Source: Terriglobia bacterium (GTDB lineage: Bacteria > Acidobacteriota > Terriglobia > JAJPHL01 > JAPKYU01). From it: a stretch of DNA of 64,000 bases. Of this stretch, positions 1-9,119 are shown piece by piece; within the stretch, counting starts at the first letter, position 1, and every line of letters starts with the position of its first letter. The position numbers and the translations under genes were made by a program. The stretch is taken from positions 768,001 to 832,000 of the forward strand of contig CBDBKE010000002.1 of the NCBI GenBank assembly GCA_965206645.1. The letters are read 5' to 3'. The notes beneath the pieces are model-generated. The model saw only the letters and a list, made by a program, of their open reading frames with translations. It did no database searches and was not told the DNA's origin.

Positions 1-97
1 TCTACCGTAATCATGCCGCAGGACCACCCAGGCGAAGACGGCTTGCAGCCGTGGTCACGTGGGAGGTGACTCAGGAGTTGTGCTAGCCTGATGGAGC

Positions 98-907
98 ATG
101 GAGCTAGAGGAACGGTTGCGACGCGCAAGCGGGAGCGCCAAGGAGCTGAGCACGGTCCTCTACGACTCGTCCGAAGAGGTGCTGCTCGTGCTGCTGGAAA
201 ACCCGCGGTTAACCGAAGAGCACCTGCAAGTGCTGCTGTCGCGGAAGAACCTGCACCAAACGTTTCTAGGCGAGCTGGCAGCGCGCGCCTGGTTGTGGCG
301 TTCGTATCCTGTGAAGCTGGCGCTGGTTCGACACCCGCACACCCCCCGGAGTACGTCACTGGCGCTGGTGCGGCACCTTTATCTGTTCGACCTGTTGAAG
401 GTGGCCACCACGCCGGGGGCGCCCATGGAGGTGCGGCGGGGTGCGGAAGAAGCAGTCGCGGCTCGGGTTACCGCTCTGTCGGTTGGCGAGCGCTTGTCCC
501 TGGCCCGCCAGGGGACCTCTCGCATCGTCTGCGCCCTGCTCGCCGATTCGGAAAGACGAGTCTTCCGTACGGCGCTGGAAAACTCGCGGCTGACCGAGGA
601 AGGCGTGGTGAAGAGTCTGGCGAATGAGAGGTTGGCACCGGAGGTGGTCGAGTGCATCGCCGCGCACCCACGCTGGTCCCTTCGCTACGAGGTGCGCTTG
701 GCGCTGATCCGGCATCCAGCCACCTCGCTGGGACGTGTACTGGCGCTGGTCGAGCAGGTCCGGGGGAACGACTTGGCCAACCTGACTGCAGACCGCCGCA
801 TGCCCGCCAACCGCCGACACTATCTAACGCGCCTGGTACACTCCCGCAAAGCCCGGCGGGCCAAGCGCCAGCGAGAGCCGTCCGGCGTTGCGAGTCCAGG
901 TGAGTAA
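98..907 (+). CDS. Hypothetical alpha-helical repeat protein (LRV/HEAT-like 'ALVRHP' repeats)
   Basis: 269-aa ORF with GGAG before the ATG. Internal repeats LLENPRLTEE/ALENSRLTEE and VKLALVRHPHT/VRLALIRHPAT. Confidence 0.75.
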   Translation: MELEERLRRASGSAKELSTVLYDSSEEVLLVLLENPRLTEEHLQVLLSRKNLHQTFLGELAARAWLWRSYPVKLALVRHPHTPRSTSLALVRHLYLFDLLKVATTPGAPMEVRRGAEEAVAARVTALSVGERLSLARQGTSRIVCALLADSERRVFRTALENSRLTEEGVVKSLANERLAPEVVECIAAHPRWSLRYEVRLALIRHPATSLGRVLALVEQVRGNDLANLTADRRMPANRRHYLTRLVHSRKARRAKRQREPSGVASPGE

Positions 908-912
908 GGAGT

Positions 913-940
913 TTGACGTTGTTGCGCGGTCGAGTATAAT
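913..940 (+). promoter_or_regulatory. Sigma70-type promoter
   Basis: TTGACG (913-918), 16-bp spacer, TATAAT (935-940), upstream of the TPR gene. Confidence 0.7.
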
Positions 941-994
941 CCGGCGGTGGACCACGCTGGGAATGTTGATCCAATCACCAGGAGTGGAGTGGCT

Positions 995-2221
995 ATGAAA
1001 CCGAATCATGTGTGCTTGCTTTGGATCACCTTGCTGATGGCACTGTTGGTCGCGGCGCCGGCGCCGGCTGCTGGCCAGCAGATTACCGATGCGTTTGAAT
1101 ACAACGATTACATGGCGGCGTATAACGAGAAGACTCCCGCCACAAAACTCCAGTTGCTGGACCAATTCCTAGGCAGATACCCAGACACTGTGGTGAAGGA
1201 ACAGGCTCTGATAATGAAGATGGTTGCGCTGCAACAGGTGAAACAGAGTCCGGAACCAGCCGCGCGCCAACTGCTCGAGGTGAACCCCAACCACCTGCGT
1301 GCTCTCTTCTGGGTCAGTTACTTCTTCCATCAGGGGCCGCCTGGTCCGAACGACCCGGAGCTGGAGAAGAAGCTGTCCGCAGGTGGGGAATTTGCCCAGC
1401 GCGGGCTCAAGCAACTATCCTCATTCCAAGTGCCTAACGTCAGCGCCGAGGACCTGGAGAAACAGAAGAACGCCTTCGAAGCGACCTTCCGCCAGGCGCT
1501 GGGTGTGGTTGCCGACATACGCAAGAAGTACGACGAGGCCCAATCCGAGTACCGAAGGGCAGCCGAACTGTCGCCCCAAGACGGCGGGCTATTCTACCGG
1601 CTTGGCAACGCCTATATCGCCCAACGCCCCGACCCGAAATACAACGAGGCGTTCTGGGCCTTTGCGCGAGCCGCCACCGTGGATGGCGCCGGCGCCTTAC
1701 AGCCGGCGGGACGCCAGCAGGTGGATGACTACCTCCGGAAGATTTACGAGCAGTACCACGGCCCGGACGAAGAAGGATTCACGCAGTTAAAGCAACAGGC
1801 CAAGGCCCAGCCGTTTGCACCCGCCGGCTTCAAAGTCCTTTCCAAGGCGGAAGTCGCTGCAGCCGCCCCGGTAGTCCCCGAAGAGTTGAGCTTTGACGAG
1901 ATCCGCGACATGCTGCTTAAAATGGAAGCCAAGGGGGAAGAACTCTGGGGAAAAATGAAAGGCATGTCGCTGGAGTTTCGGGGCGGCATTATTTCCGCTA
2001 CGGGGCCTCGCCGAGCACGCACCGTGCGCATTGTCGTGTTGGCGGAAACTGCCCAGAGGGACCCTAAAGCCTACGACGTAGAATTGGTCTTAGCCGAGCC
2101 CACCCGCAAGGTCCCCGTCGGGCAAATCGTGCGCTTCACGGGTATGGCCAACTTGTTCCAGCCGGATCCCTTCGTGCTTTCTATGGTGGACGGAAAAATC
2201 CTCCCCCTCGAGGAGGAGTAA
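995..2221 (+). CDS. Secreted tetratricopeptide-repeat protein
   Basis: ATG at 995 after GGAGTGGAG. Hydrophobic signal peptide (LLWITLLMALLVAAPAPA). TPR-like helices (YDEAQSEYRRAAELSPQDGGLFYRLGNAY). Confidence 0.75.
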   Translation: MKPNHVCLLWITLLMALLVAAPAPAAGQQITDAFEYNDYMAAYNEKTPATKLQLLDQFLGRYPDTVVKEQALIMKMVALQQVKQSPEPAARQLLEVNPNHLRALFWVSYFFHQGPPGPNDPELEKKLSAGGEFAQRGLKQLSSFQVPNVSAEDLEKQKNAFEATFRQALGVVADIRKKYDEAQSEYRRAAELSPQDGGLFYRLGNAYIAQRPDPKYNEAFWAFARAATVDGAGALQPAGRQQVDDYLRKIYEQYHGPDEEGFTQLKQQAKAQPFAPAGFKVLSKAEVAAAAPVVPEELSFDEIRDMLLKMEAKGEELWGKMKGMSLEFRGGIISATGPRRARTVRIVVLAETAQRDPKAYDVELVLAEPTRKVPVGQIVRFTGMANLFQPDPFVLSMVDGKILPLEEE

Positions 2222-2459
2222 CCCTGGGGCCTTCCGCCAAAGCGCCGAGCTGAAGAAGCGTCGGGATCGCCAGCGCCATCTCTTAGAAGGGAAATCCAGG
2301 GCCCATACAAGGGAAATCGAAAGCGCTCCTCGTTCCGGGGCTCACTCAAGGAGTCCCAGCCTGCCGTAGAATCTGAAATAGAGTAAGGCTACGGCCCGGC
2401 CGCCCCTTTCCTACGCCGAGATCCGTGTCCCGGATGGCAATCTTGCTCCGAATTTCCCG

Positions 2460-2684
2460 TTAGCGGGAGCGGTTCCCGTTTCGCCCGTGCAGTTGGTGGG
2501 CTTCCATCTTGCGGCTGAGCGTGTTGCGGTGCATGCCCAGCAGGCGAGCCGCACGCGACTGATTGCCCCGCGTGTGTGCCATCACCTGACGGATGTATTT
2601 CTTTTCGAATTCCCGCAAGGCAGCCGGGAATGGGACTCCACGGTCTACCAATTGCCCGATTAATGATTCCAATTGGTCTTTCAC
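2460..2684 (-). CDS. Fis-family helix-turn-helix DNA-binding protein
   Basis: HTH_8 motif GNQSRAARLLGMHRNTLSRK; AAGGAG RBS before the GTG. Confidence 0.9.
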   Translation of the reverse strand: MKDQLESLIGQLVDRGVPFPAALREFEKKYIRQVMAHTRGNQSRAARLLGMHRNTLSRKMEAHQLHGRNGNRSR

Positions 2685-2762
2685 CGAACGATCTCCTTCT
2701 GGGTCAAGAGCTTGCTCGGCCGGGCCTTGTCCATTGGTACCCGACCGCAGTCAACAGCGAAA

Positions 2763-3299
2763 TCAGCGCTCCGGCTGGCCTCGCCAAATTCCCTGGACCC
2801 GCTCCCACCCGCTGTGGAAGCGGTCCCGCATGTCAGAGGGAGCCACGGAAACCAACACGCGCGCCCCGTGAATCAGGTACGGCGTTAACCGCGACCTCAC
2901 CAGCGGCCGCGCCTCCGGCGCGAAGACCGCCAAAATCACTACCACAACCATGCAAAACAAGCAGCCGCGGACCAAGCCCACGCCGACACCCAGGAGGCGG
3001 TCGAACCAGCGCAGACCCGCTCGGTCCACCATCCTCCCCGCCCAGCGGGAGAGGAACCCGCCGGCAATCAGCGCCACCAGCAAAATGCCCAGGAAGGCGG
3101 TCAACGCTGCCAGGTTTGGCGCGCGCCCCTGGGGGAGCTGCCCCGCCGCGGTGGGGTAGAGCCAGCAGGCCAGCAGAAAGCCCCAGGCCAGCGCCAACAG
3201 CGAAATCAGTTCCCGCGTAAATCCCTTGACGGCGCTGAACGCCACCGAAAACAGCACGATGCCGACCAGCACCAAATCCAGTATGCTCCAGGCGCTCAA
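2763..3299 (-). CDS. cvpA: CvpA (colicin V production) family membrane protein
   Basis: Motifs LDLVLVGIV..KGFTRELISL and DRLLGVGVGLVRG. Start overlaps the purC stop. Confidence 0.9.
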   Translation of the reverse strand: MSAWSILDLVLVGIVLFSVAFSAVKGFTRELISLLALAWGFLLACWLYPTAAGQLPQGRAPNLAALTAFLGILLVALIAGGFLSRWAGRMVDRAGLRWFDRLLGVGVGLVRGCLFCMVVVVILAVFAPEARPLVRSRLTPYLIHGARVLVSVAPSDMRDRFHSGWERVQGIWRGQPER

Positions 3300-4204
3300 T
3301 TCGGCAGGTCACGTCCCGTCAGGAGTCGAAGCGCCTCCCGGTATTTCGCTCCCGTGCGCTCGGCTATCTCCGCCGGCAGCGGCGGCGCCGGAGGCTGCTT
3401 GTCCCAGCCAATTTGCTCCAGGTAGTCGCGCACGTACTGCTTGTCGAACGAGACTTGGGCGCCGCCGGGGCGGTACTGCGCCTGCGGCCAAAACCGGGAC
3501 GAGTCTGGGGTCAGCACCTCGTCGCCCAGGACCAACTGGTCGCCCACGTAGCCGAACTCGAACTTAGTGTCGGCAAGCAGAATGCCGCGCTGCTCGGCGT
3601 AGCTGGCGGCGCGGCGGTAGATTTCCAGGGTCAGCTCACGCAACCGCGCGGTGGCCTGCTTGCCTACCCGCTCCGCCATCTCCTCGATGGAAATGTTTAT
3701 GTCGTGGCCCGTTTCCGCCTTGGTGGCCGGAGTGAAGATGGGCTCCGGCAGCCGCTCCGATTCCTGCAACCCCGCCGGCAACCGGATGCCGCATACGCTC
3801 CCGCTCTGCCGGTACTCTTTCCAGCCTGAGCCGGAGAGGTAGCCGCGGGCCACGCACTCGACCGGCACCATCCGTGCCCGGCGAACCAGCATGGAGCGGC
3901 CCTCCAGTTGCTCATGAAATGGATGAAACGCCGCCGGGTATTGCGCCGGGTCGGCGGTAACCAGGTGATTGGGCACCACTTCGGCCAGGAACTTAAACCA
4001 GAACAGGGAAAGTTGAGTCAGGACCCGTCCCTTGTCGGGAATGCCGGTAGGCAGCACGCAGTCGAAGGCTGAGATGCGGTCGGTGGCCACCAGCAGCAGC
4101 GAACCGTCGGCCTCGTATAAGTCCCTGACCTTCCCCCGCCAGAAGAGAGCTTGGCCCGGGAATTCTGTTTCGAGCAGGATGGCTGTGCTTTTTGTCTTCT
4201 CCAT
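3296..4204 (-). CDS. purC: Phosphoribosylaminoimidazole-succinocarboxamide (SAICAR) synthase
   Basis: Motifs GKVRDLY, TDRISAFD, ADTKFEFG, DEVLTPDSSRFW. Start placed at ATG 4204 (AGGA RBS) rather than the ORF-track start. Confidence 0.95.
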   Translation of the reverse strand: MEKTKSTAILLETEFPGQALFWRGKVRDLYEADGSLLLVATDRISAFDCVLPTGIPDKGRVLTQLSLFWFKFLAEVVPNHLVTADPAQYPAAFHPFHEQLEGRSMLVRRARMVPVECVARGYLSGSGWKEYRQSGSVCGIRLPAGLQESERLPEPIFTPATKAETGHDINISIEEMAERVGKQATARLRELTLEIYRRAASYAEQRGILLADTKFEFGYVGDQLVLGDEVLTPDSSRFWPQAQYRPGGAQVSFDKQYVRDYLEQIGWDKQPPAPPLPAEIAERTGAKYREALRLLTGRDLPN

Positions 4205-4379
4205 GAACATCCTGGAAGAGTCCGCATTCTGCGCCATCAGCAAAATGTCTGTCAAGCACCGCGCAAGCCAGCATTGGCGCACTCCGCGTGCCTGTCGCCT
4301 GCGAAACCTCGCATAGCATGCGGGTCTTCGGAGGCAAAAGTTTTTTGTATACTTTCCCACGACCGGAAAGGAGTGCGAG

Positions 4380-4856
4380 ATGGGAGACTTGATTCACACT
4401 TCGCGCGCGCGCATCTACAAGGACAAGGGGCCGGTGCGTCGCGCCTACATCGAAAACTTCCCCGAGCCGGTTCGCTACGGGGTGCACGGCGGCATCAAGA
4501 AATTTTACGGGCTCGAGCCGGAGGAGGATCTGCCAGCCACGCTGGACCACATTGTGGCCGCCGTCGCCGGTTGAATGACCGGCACCTTAGCCGGCGCGCT
4601 GGCAGCGCGCCACATCCGGGTGCCCAGGGAGGGGTTGTGGGCCGAAGCCGAGGGCAAGATTGAGAACGTGGAGGGCAAGCCCTTCATTACCTCCATTCAT
4701 GTGCACTATCACCTGACCGTGGCTGAAGGAAAGCGGGCCGAAGCGGAGCGCGTGGTGGGCATCCACGAGAAAGGTTGCCCCGCCGCCCAGAGCGTCAAGC
4801 GTGGCATTGGGATTTCCTGGGACGCCGAGATCGAGGAGACCGCGGCCGCCGGGTGA
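4380..4856 (+). CDS. OsmC/Ohr-like redox protein, probable selenoprotein (Sec at TGA 4572-4574)
   Basis: ORFs 4380-4574 and 4575-4856 are in the same frame, joined by TGA at the position of the first OsmC Cys (HIVAAVAG-U-MTGTL). Second Cys in KGCPAAQSV. Strong RBS AAGGAG. Hairpin after the TGA. Confidence 0.85.
4593..4611 (+). promoter_or_regulatory. Putative bacterial SECIS hairpin
   Basis: Stem-loop GGCGCGCT-GGC-AGCGCGCC with G in the apical loop, 26 nt after the in-frame TGA. Confidence 0.7.
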
Positions 4857-4971
4857 AGCGTCTGCATGGAGATGGCGCCCGCAACAATTCAGCTGTTGCA
4901 TCCAGCTGGATGCTGAAAGACCTCGCTAATGTAACAGCAGGCACGCTTTTTCTGCTTCCTGCTAGAGGATC

Positions 4972-7900
4972 TCAGGCGATGGCGCCTACGGCCTCTCCCT
5001 GTGGAGTGGCTTGCTGATGGCTCACTGCGTCTAGTTCGGTCTGGCCCAATTTCACCGAGACCAGCTTGGAAACCCCCGGCTCCTCCATCGTCACCCCGTA
5101 CAGCGCCGGAGACGCCTCCATGGTCTTCTTGCTGTGGGTGATGATTATAAACTGAGTGCTGGAAGTCATCTGCTCGACAAGCCTGGTGAAGCGCCCGATG
5201 TTGGCGTCATCCAGCGGGGCGTCCACTTCGTCCAGGACACAGAAGGGGCTGGGTTGGTATTGGAAAATTGACAACACCAGAGCCATCGCGGCCAGCGCTT
5301 TCTCTCCGCCGGAAAGCAGCAGGACATTTTGCAAACGCTTTCCCGGCGGTTGCGCGATCAGGTCCACGCCGCTCTCGCTGAGATTCTCCTCCTCGCTCAG
5401 TTTCATCATCCCTGTGCCGCCGCCAAACAAGGTCCGGAAGGTTTCCTGGAAGTTGGCGTTGATGGCTTGGAAGGCCTCCAGGAACTGCCGGCGCGACACG
5501 GCCTCGATTTCCTGAATCGTCTGCTGGGTGTCGCGGATAGCGTCCAGCAGGTCCTGGCGCTGGGTGTCGAGGAATTCCTGCCGCTGCCGGGCCTCCTGAT
5601 ACTCTTCCAGGGCCATCATGTTGACCGGACCCATCGCTTCGATCCGGGCGCGCAGTTGGCGGGTCTGTTCTTCGGCCTGCGCCAGGGCTTCGTCTGCCAG
5701 TAGTTCGGCCGGATCGGCAGCGAGTTCCTCAAGGGCGAGGCCAAGGTCGTTCCGGCAGAGTTCGCCCAGGTGCCCCAGATCGCTTTGTTTCCGAGCCAGG
5801 GCGACTTCGGCGGCCGACTTGCGCTCGCGCTGCTCGTCCAGCTCTGCACGGGCCATGCGGGTCTGCTCTTCCAGCTCCGCCAGCCGTTGCCGGCCTTCCT
5901 CCAGCGCCTTCTGAAGTTCGTCAGCGGCCTGTTCGGCAGCTGCGCGCCCGGCAACCGCTTCGGCCGCCCGGCGCTCCAGCTCCCCCTGTTCGTGCGCCAG
6001 GCGTTTCAGTTCCTGGCGGCCGGAGTCGAGCTGGCGTTCCAACTCCTCCGCTTGGGAGCGCTCTTGGACAACTAAGTCCTCGAGGCGCACGGTGGTTGCG
6101 GCGGCCGCACTCCGGCGCTCTTGCAAGGCCGCAGCACGGGCTTGCGCCTCGGCCAGTGCGGCGGAGGCGGCAATCCGGGCTTCCCCCAGTTCGGCGGCGG
6201 CCACTGTGGTTTCCGATAAGCGCGCTTCCAGCTCCTGCCGGGCGCGTTCCCGGCCTTCGGCTTCTGACCGCAGGCGTTCAGCATGCTCGGCCGCGCGCGC
6301 TCTCTCCTGCTCGAGCCGCTGAAGCTCCAGCCGCGCCACCGAAAGTCGCTCGGCGGCCCGCGCCAGTTGCCCTGCAAGCTGGCGCAGTTCCTGATCCAGG
6401 CCCACTCCCAGCTTTTCCCGCTCCACCTCGTCCCCGCGCAGCTTCTCCAGCGAAGCCGCAATCCTGGCCGCTTCCTCTTCGCTGGCACGCAAACCGGCGG
6501 CAGAGGCGTCAATGTGCCGCGCGAGTTCGCCTGCCTGCTGGGTCACCTGGCGCAGCTCACGCTTCAACCCCAGCGGACCGGCACCGGCACGCTTGCCGCC
6601 GGTCAGCGTTGAGCCGTGGAAACACTCACCTTCCGGAGCCAGGAAGTAACATTGCGGGTGAGCCAGAGCCAACTCGCGGGCTGCGGCGGCCGAATCTGCG
6701 ACGTAACTAAGCGCTAGCCTAGGCAACAGCGTCTCGGCTGCCCGCGGCAATCCGTTCGTCAACCGGACAAAGTCCTTCAGCGGAGTCAGCCCCGGCGGGA
6801 GGGAGCCCAAGCCATTGCCCACGAGAGGCAGAGGCGCTTCCGGGTGCACCAGGAAGGTAGCGCGCCCCTCGCCCTCGGAACGCAGCAGGTGCACGCCTTC
6901 CTGCGCGGCATCCCAGCTCTTCACCACCACGTACTCCAGCTCCTCGACCAGAAAATCCTCCACCACAGTCTCAAAACGCGGCTCGGCCTCCAAGAAATCG
7001 GCCAGGATGCCCAGGGGACGGAACCCCTCGGGCAAGCGCATGTTTCCTTCTCCGTTCGACGCGAACAGTTTCTTGACCGCTTCGGCCGTGTAGGCGCGGT
7101 GGGAAAGGATTTGCTCCAGCGAGTCGCGGCGCGCGCGCACGTCTGCGTACTCGCCGCGGAGCTGCTCCAGTTTCCCGCTGACACGGCGCACCTCGACTTT
7201 CAGTTCACCGAGCCTCGTTTCCACCGTGGCCCGCTCGGCATTCACGTATTGCAAGTCGAGCTGCTGCTGCGCCTGCTTGGCCAGAAGCGCTCCTTGCTGC
7301 TTGCGGAGTCCGGCCTGCTCTTCGGCAGCGGCCGTCAGCTCGCGTTCGCCGCGTTCACCCTGACGCTGGATGCCGGCCAGGTACTCTTCGACCTGGGTCA
7401 GCTGGTTGCGGAGTTCGGCCAACTCACCCATCCGGGCAAGCACGGAAGCACGAAGGTTGTCCACCTCACTCTCGCGCGAGTGCAGTTGTTGCTCGGTGCG
7501 CGACAACTCAGCGGCCCGCCCCTCGACCTCCGCCTGCGCCATTTTCTCTTCGGCCTCAGCGGCGGCCAGCACCGCTCGGCACTCCACCAATTCGCGCTCA
7601 AGCGACTCCAGCCGGGTCCCGAGTTGGGTCTGTCTCGCCTCCTGCTCGCGAAGACGTGTCTCCAGTTCCGTCGCCTGCTGCTGCTGATACGAAATGCGAT
7701 TGCGCGCCCGGTCCGCTTCCATTTCGAGTGAGGCGATGCGGTCGCGCTGGCGGCGCAGCGCCTCCTCCTGCTGGTAGCCGGCGCGGTTCAGCCCGATGTG
7801 CTCCTGCTCCAAAGCCTCCACCTGCGCTCCCATCTCTTTCGAGCGGTTGGAAGCCAGGCTCAGCTCCAGGGCCGATTGCACCGCCTGACGCTCCAGCTCG

Positions 7901-8775
7901 GCGTGCCGGCTGGACAGCACGGCGCGCAGCCGCCCACGGAATTCCTCTCGCAACTCCGCGTACCGCCGCGCTTTGGAGGCCTGGCGCTTCAGCGAGTTCA
8001 CCTGCCTGGTCACTTCCTCCAGGATGTCGTTCACGCGATTCAGGTTCTGCTTGGAGCTTTCCAGCTTGGCTTCGGCCAGCCGGCGCTTGTTCTTGTACTT
8101 GGTGATTCCTGCCGCCTCCTCAATCAGCGCGCGCCGCTCGTAGGGTTTGGCGTTGAGGATCTGCCCGATCTTTCCTTGCTCGATAATGGCGTAGGAGCCA
8201 TGCCCCAGGCCGGTACCCGAGAACAGCTCCTGGATATCCCGCAGCCGGCTTGGCCTGCCGTCGAGCAGGTATTCGCTTTCCCCCGAGCGGAACAGACGGC
8301 GGCAGATGACGACCTCCGGTCCGACCTTCGGTGCGACCTTTGGTGCCGAGGGGCGGAACGAGGGCTCCTCAGCCGGGCGGCTTTGGAACACATAGCTTGG
8401 CGTGCCCGAGGTTCCTGCCGCAGTTGACGGAGCTACCGCGCTTGCCGCCGGCTCCGTTCCCGGCAGCTCTGTTCCCAGCAGCGGAGGGCAGTCCTCGGCG
8501 TGGTAATCGGTATCGGCCAGCGTCAGGGAAACCTCGGCAAAACCTGTCGGTGTGCGGTCGCGCGTGCCGTTGAAGATCACATCCTGCATGGTGCCGCCCC
8601 GCAGGCTCTTGGCCGACTGCTCCCCCAGCACCCAACTGATGGCATCGCTGATATTCGACTTGCCGCACCCATTGGGACCCACCACGGCGGTGATTCCCGC
8701 TCCGTTAAAGACCATCTCGGTGCGGTCACAAAAAGACTTGAACCCGATGAGCTCGATCTTCTTTAGCTTGAGCAA
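4972..8775 (-). CDS. smc: Chromosome segregation protein SMC
   Basis: GFKSF, Walker A GPNGCGKSN, long coiled coils, hinge, LSGGEK signature, LDEVDAPLD. TTG start at 8775 after AAGGAAGG. Confidence 0.97.
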   Translation of the reverse strand: MLKLKKIELIGFKSFCDRTEMVFNGAGITAVVGPNGCGKSNISDAISWVLGEQSAKSLRGGTMQDVIFNGTRDRTPTGFAEVSLTLADTDYHAEDCPPLLGTELPGTEPAASAVAPSTAAGTSGTPSYVFQSRPAEEPSFRPSAPKVAPKVGPEVVICRRLFRSGESEYLLDGRPSRLRDIQELFSGTGLGHGSYAIIEQGKIGQILNAKPYERRALIEEAAGITKYKNKRRLAEAKLESSKQNLNRVNDILEEVTRQVNSLKRQASKARRYAELREEFRGRLRAVLSSRHAELERQAVQSALELSLASNRSKEMGAQVEALEQEHIGLNRAGYQQEEALRRQRDRIASLEMEADRARNRISYQQQQATELETRLREQEARQTQLGTRLESLERELVECRAVLAAAEAEEKMAQAEVEGRAAELSRTEQQLHSRESEVDNLRASVLARMGELAELRNQLTQVEEYLAGIQRQGERGERELTAAAEEQAGLRKQQGALLAKQAQQQLDLQYVNAERATVETRLGELKVEVRRVSGKLEQLRGEYADVRARRDSLEQILSHRAYTAEAVKKLFASNGEGNMRLPEGFRPLGILADFLEAEPRFETVVEDFLVEELEYVVVKSWDAAQEGVHLLRSEGEGRATFLVHPEAPLPLVGNGLGSLPPGLTPLKDFVRLTNGLPRAAETLLPRLALSYVADSAAAARELALAHPQCYFLAPEGECFHGSTLTGGKRAGAGPLGLKRELRQVTQQAGELARHIDASAAGLRASEEEAARIAASLEKLRGDEVEREKLGVGLDQELRQLAGQLARAAERLSVARLELQRLEQERARAAEHAERLRSEAEGRERARQELEARLSETTVAAAELGEARIAASAALAEAQARAAALQERRSAAAATTVRLEDLVVQERSQAEELERQLDSGRQELKRLAHEQGELERRAAEAVAGRAAAEQAADELQKALEEGRQRLAELEEQTRMARAELDEQRERKSAAEVALARKQSDLGHLGELCRNDLGLALEELAADPAELLADEALAQAEEQTRQLRARIEAMGPVNMMALEEYQEARQRQEFLDTQRQDLLDAIRDTQQTIQEIEAVSRRQFLEAFQAINANFQETFRTLFGGGTGMMKLSEEENLSESGVDLIAQPPGKRLQNVLLLSGGEKALAAMALVLSIFQYQPSPFCVLDEVDAPLDDANIGRFTRLVEQMTSSTQFIIITHSKKTMEASPALYGVTMEEPGVSKLVSVKLGQTELDAVSHQQATPQGEAVGAIA

Positions 8776-8871
8776 GGCAAACCTTCCTTTGTTGGTCCCC
8801 AACTCAGAATGGCGCAACTCAGCCTGGCCCAGACTCGCCGCAGGAAATTGTCCCTTCGGGGCACTGGGTGG

Positions 8872-8900
8872 ATAGTAGCGCTGGAGTAGGGGTTTGTAAA
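8872..8900 (-). promoter_or_regulatory. Putative sigma70 promoter of smc
   Basis: Minus strand TTTACA-17 bp-TACTAT. A second candidate, TTTACG-17 bp-TAAAAT, lies at 9070-9042. Confidence 0.55.
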
Positions 8901-8908
8901 GCCAAAAC

Positions 8909-8954
8909 CTACTCCATTTTGAGCCCTCGAGGAATGGGCCACAACATTTTGTGC
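8909..8954. promoter_or_regulatory. Tandem NrdR-box-like palindromes
   Basis: CCACAACATTTTGTGC (8939-8954) and the weaker CTACTCCATTTTGAGC (8909-8924), 30 bp apart, compared with consensus acaCwAtATaTwGtgt. Confidence 0.5.
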
Positions 8955-9119
8955 CTACCGGGAAGGTCGGGAAGTCGCCAGCGTAAACGGAACCCGGGAC
9001 AAATGTTCAGGCGGAAGACTACTCTCGGAGCACCTTCCTGGATTTTATCGCAAGAGGTTCGCCGCGTAAATAAGATTTGTGTCGGTCGTGGCCCCAGTGC
9101 CGTCTCAAACAAAAGCGAG

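Noticed and set aside
4572-4574. Genome-wide TGA reassignment as the explanation for OsmC read-through
   Set aside because: TGA is a normal stop in many genes here, and prfB with its UGA-sensing frameshift is present.
4897-4912. Perfect palindrome GCATCCAGCTGGATGC between convergent genes
   Set aside because: No U tract and no second copy seen; at most a weak terminator.
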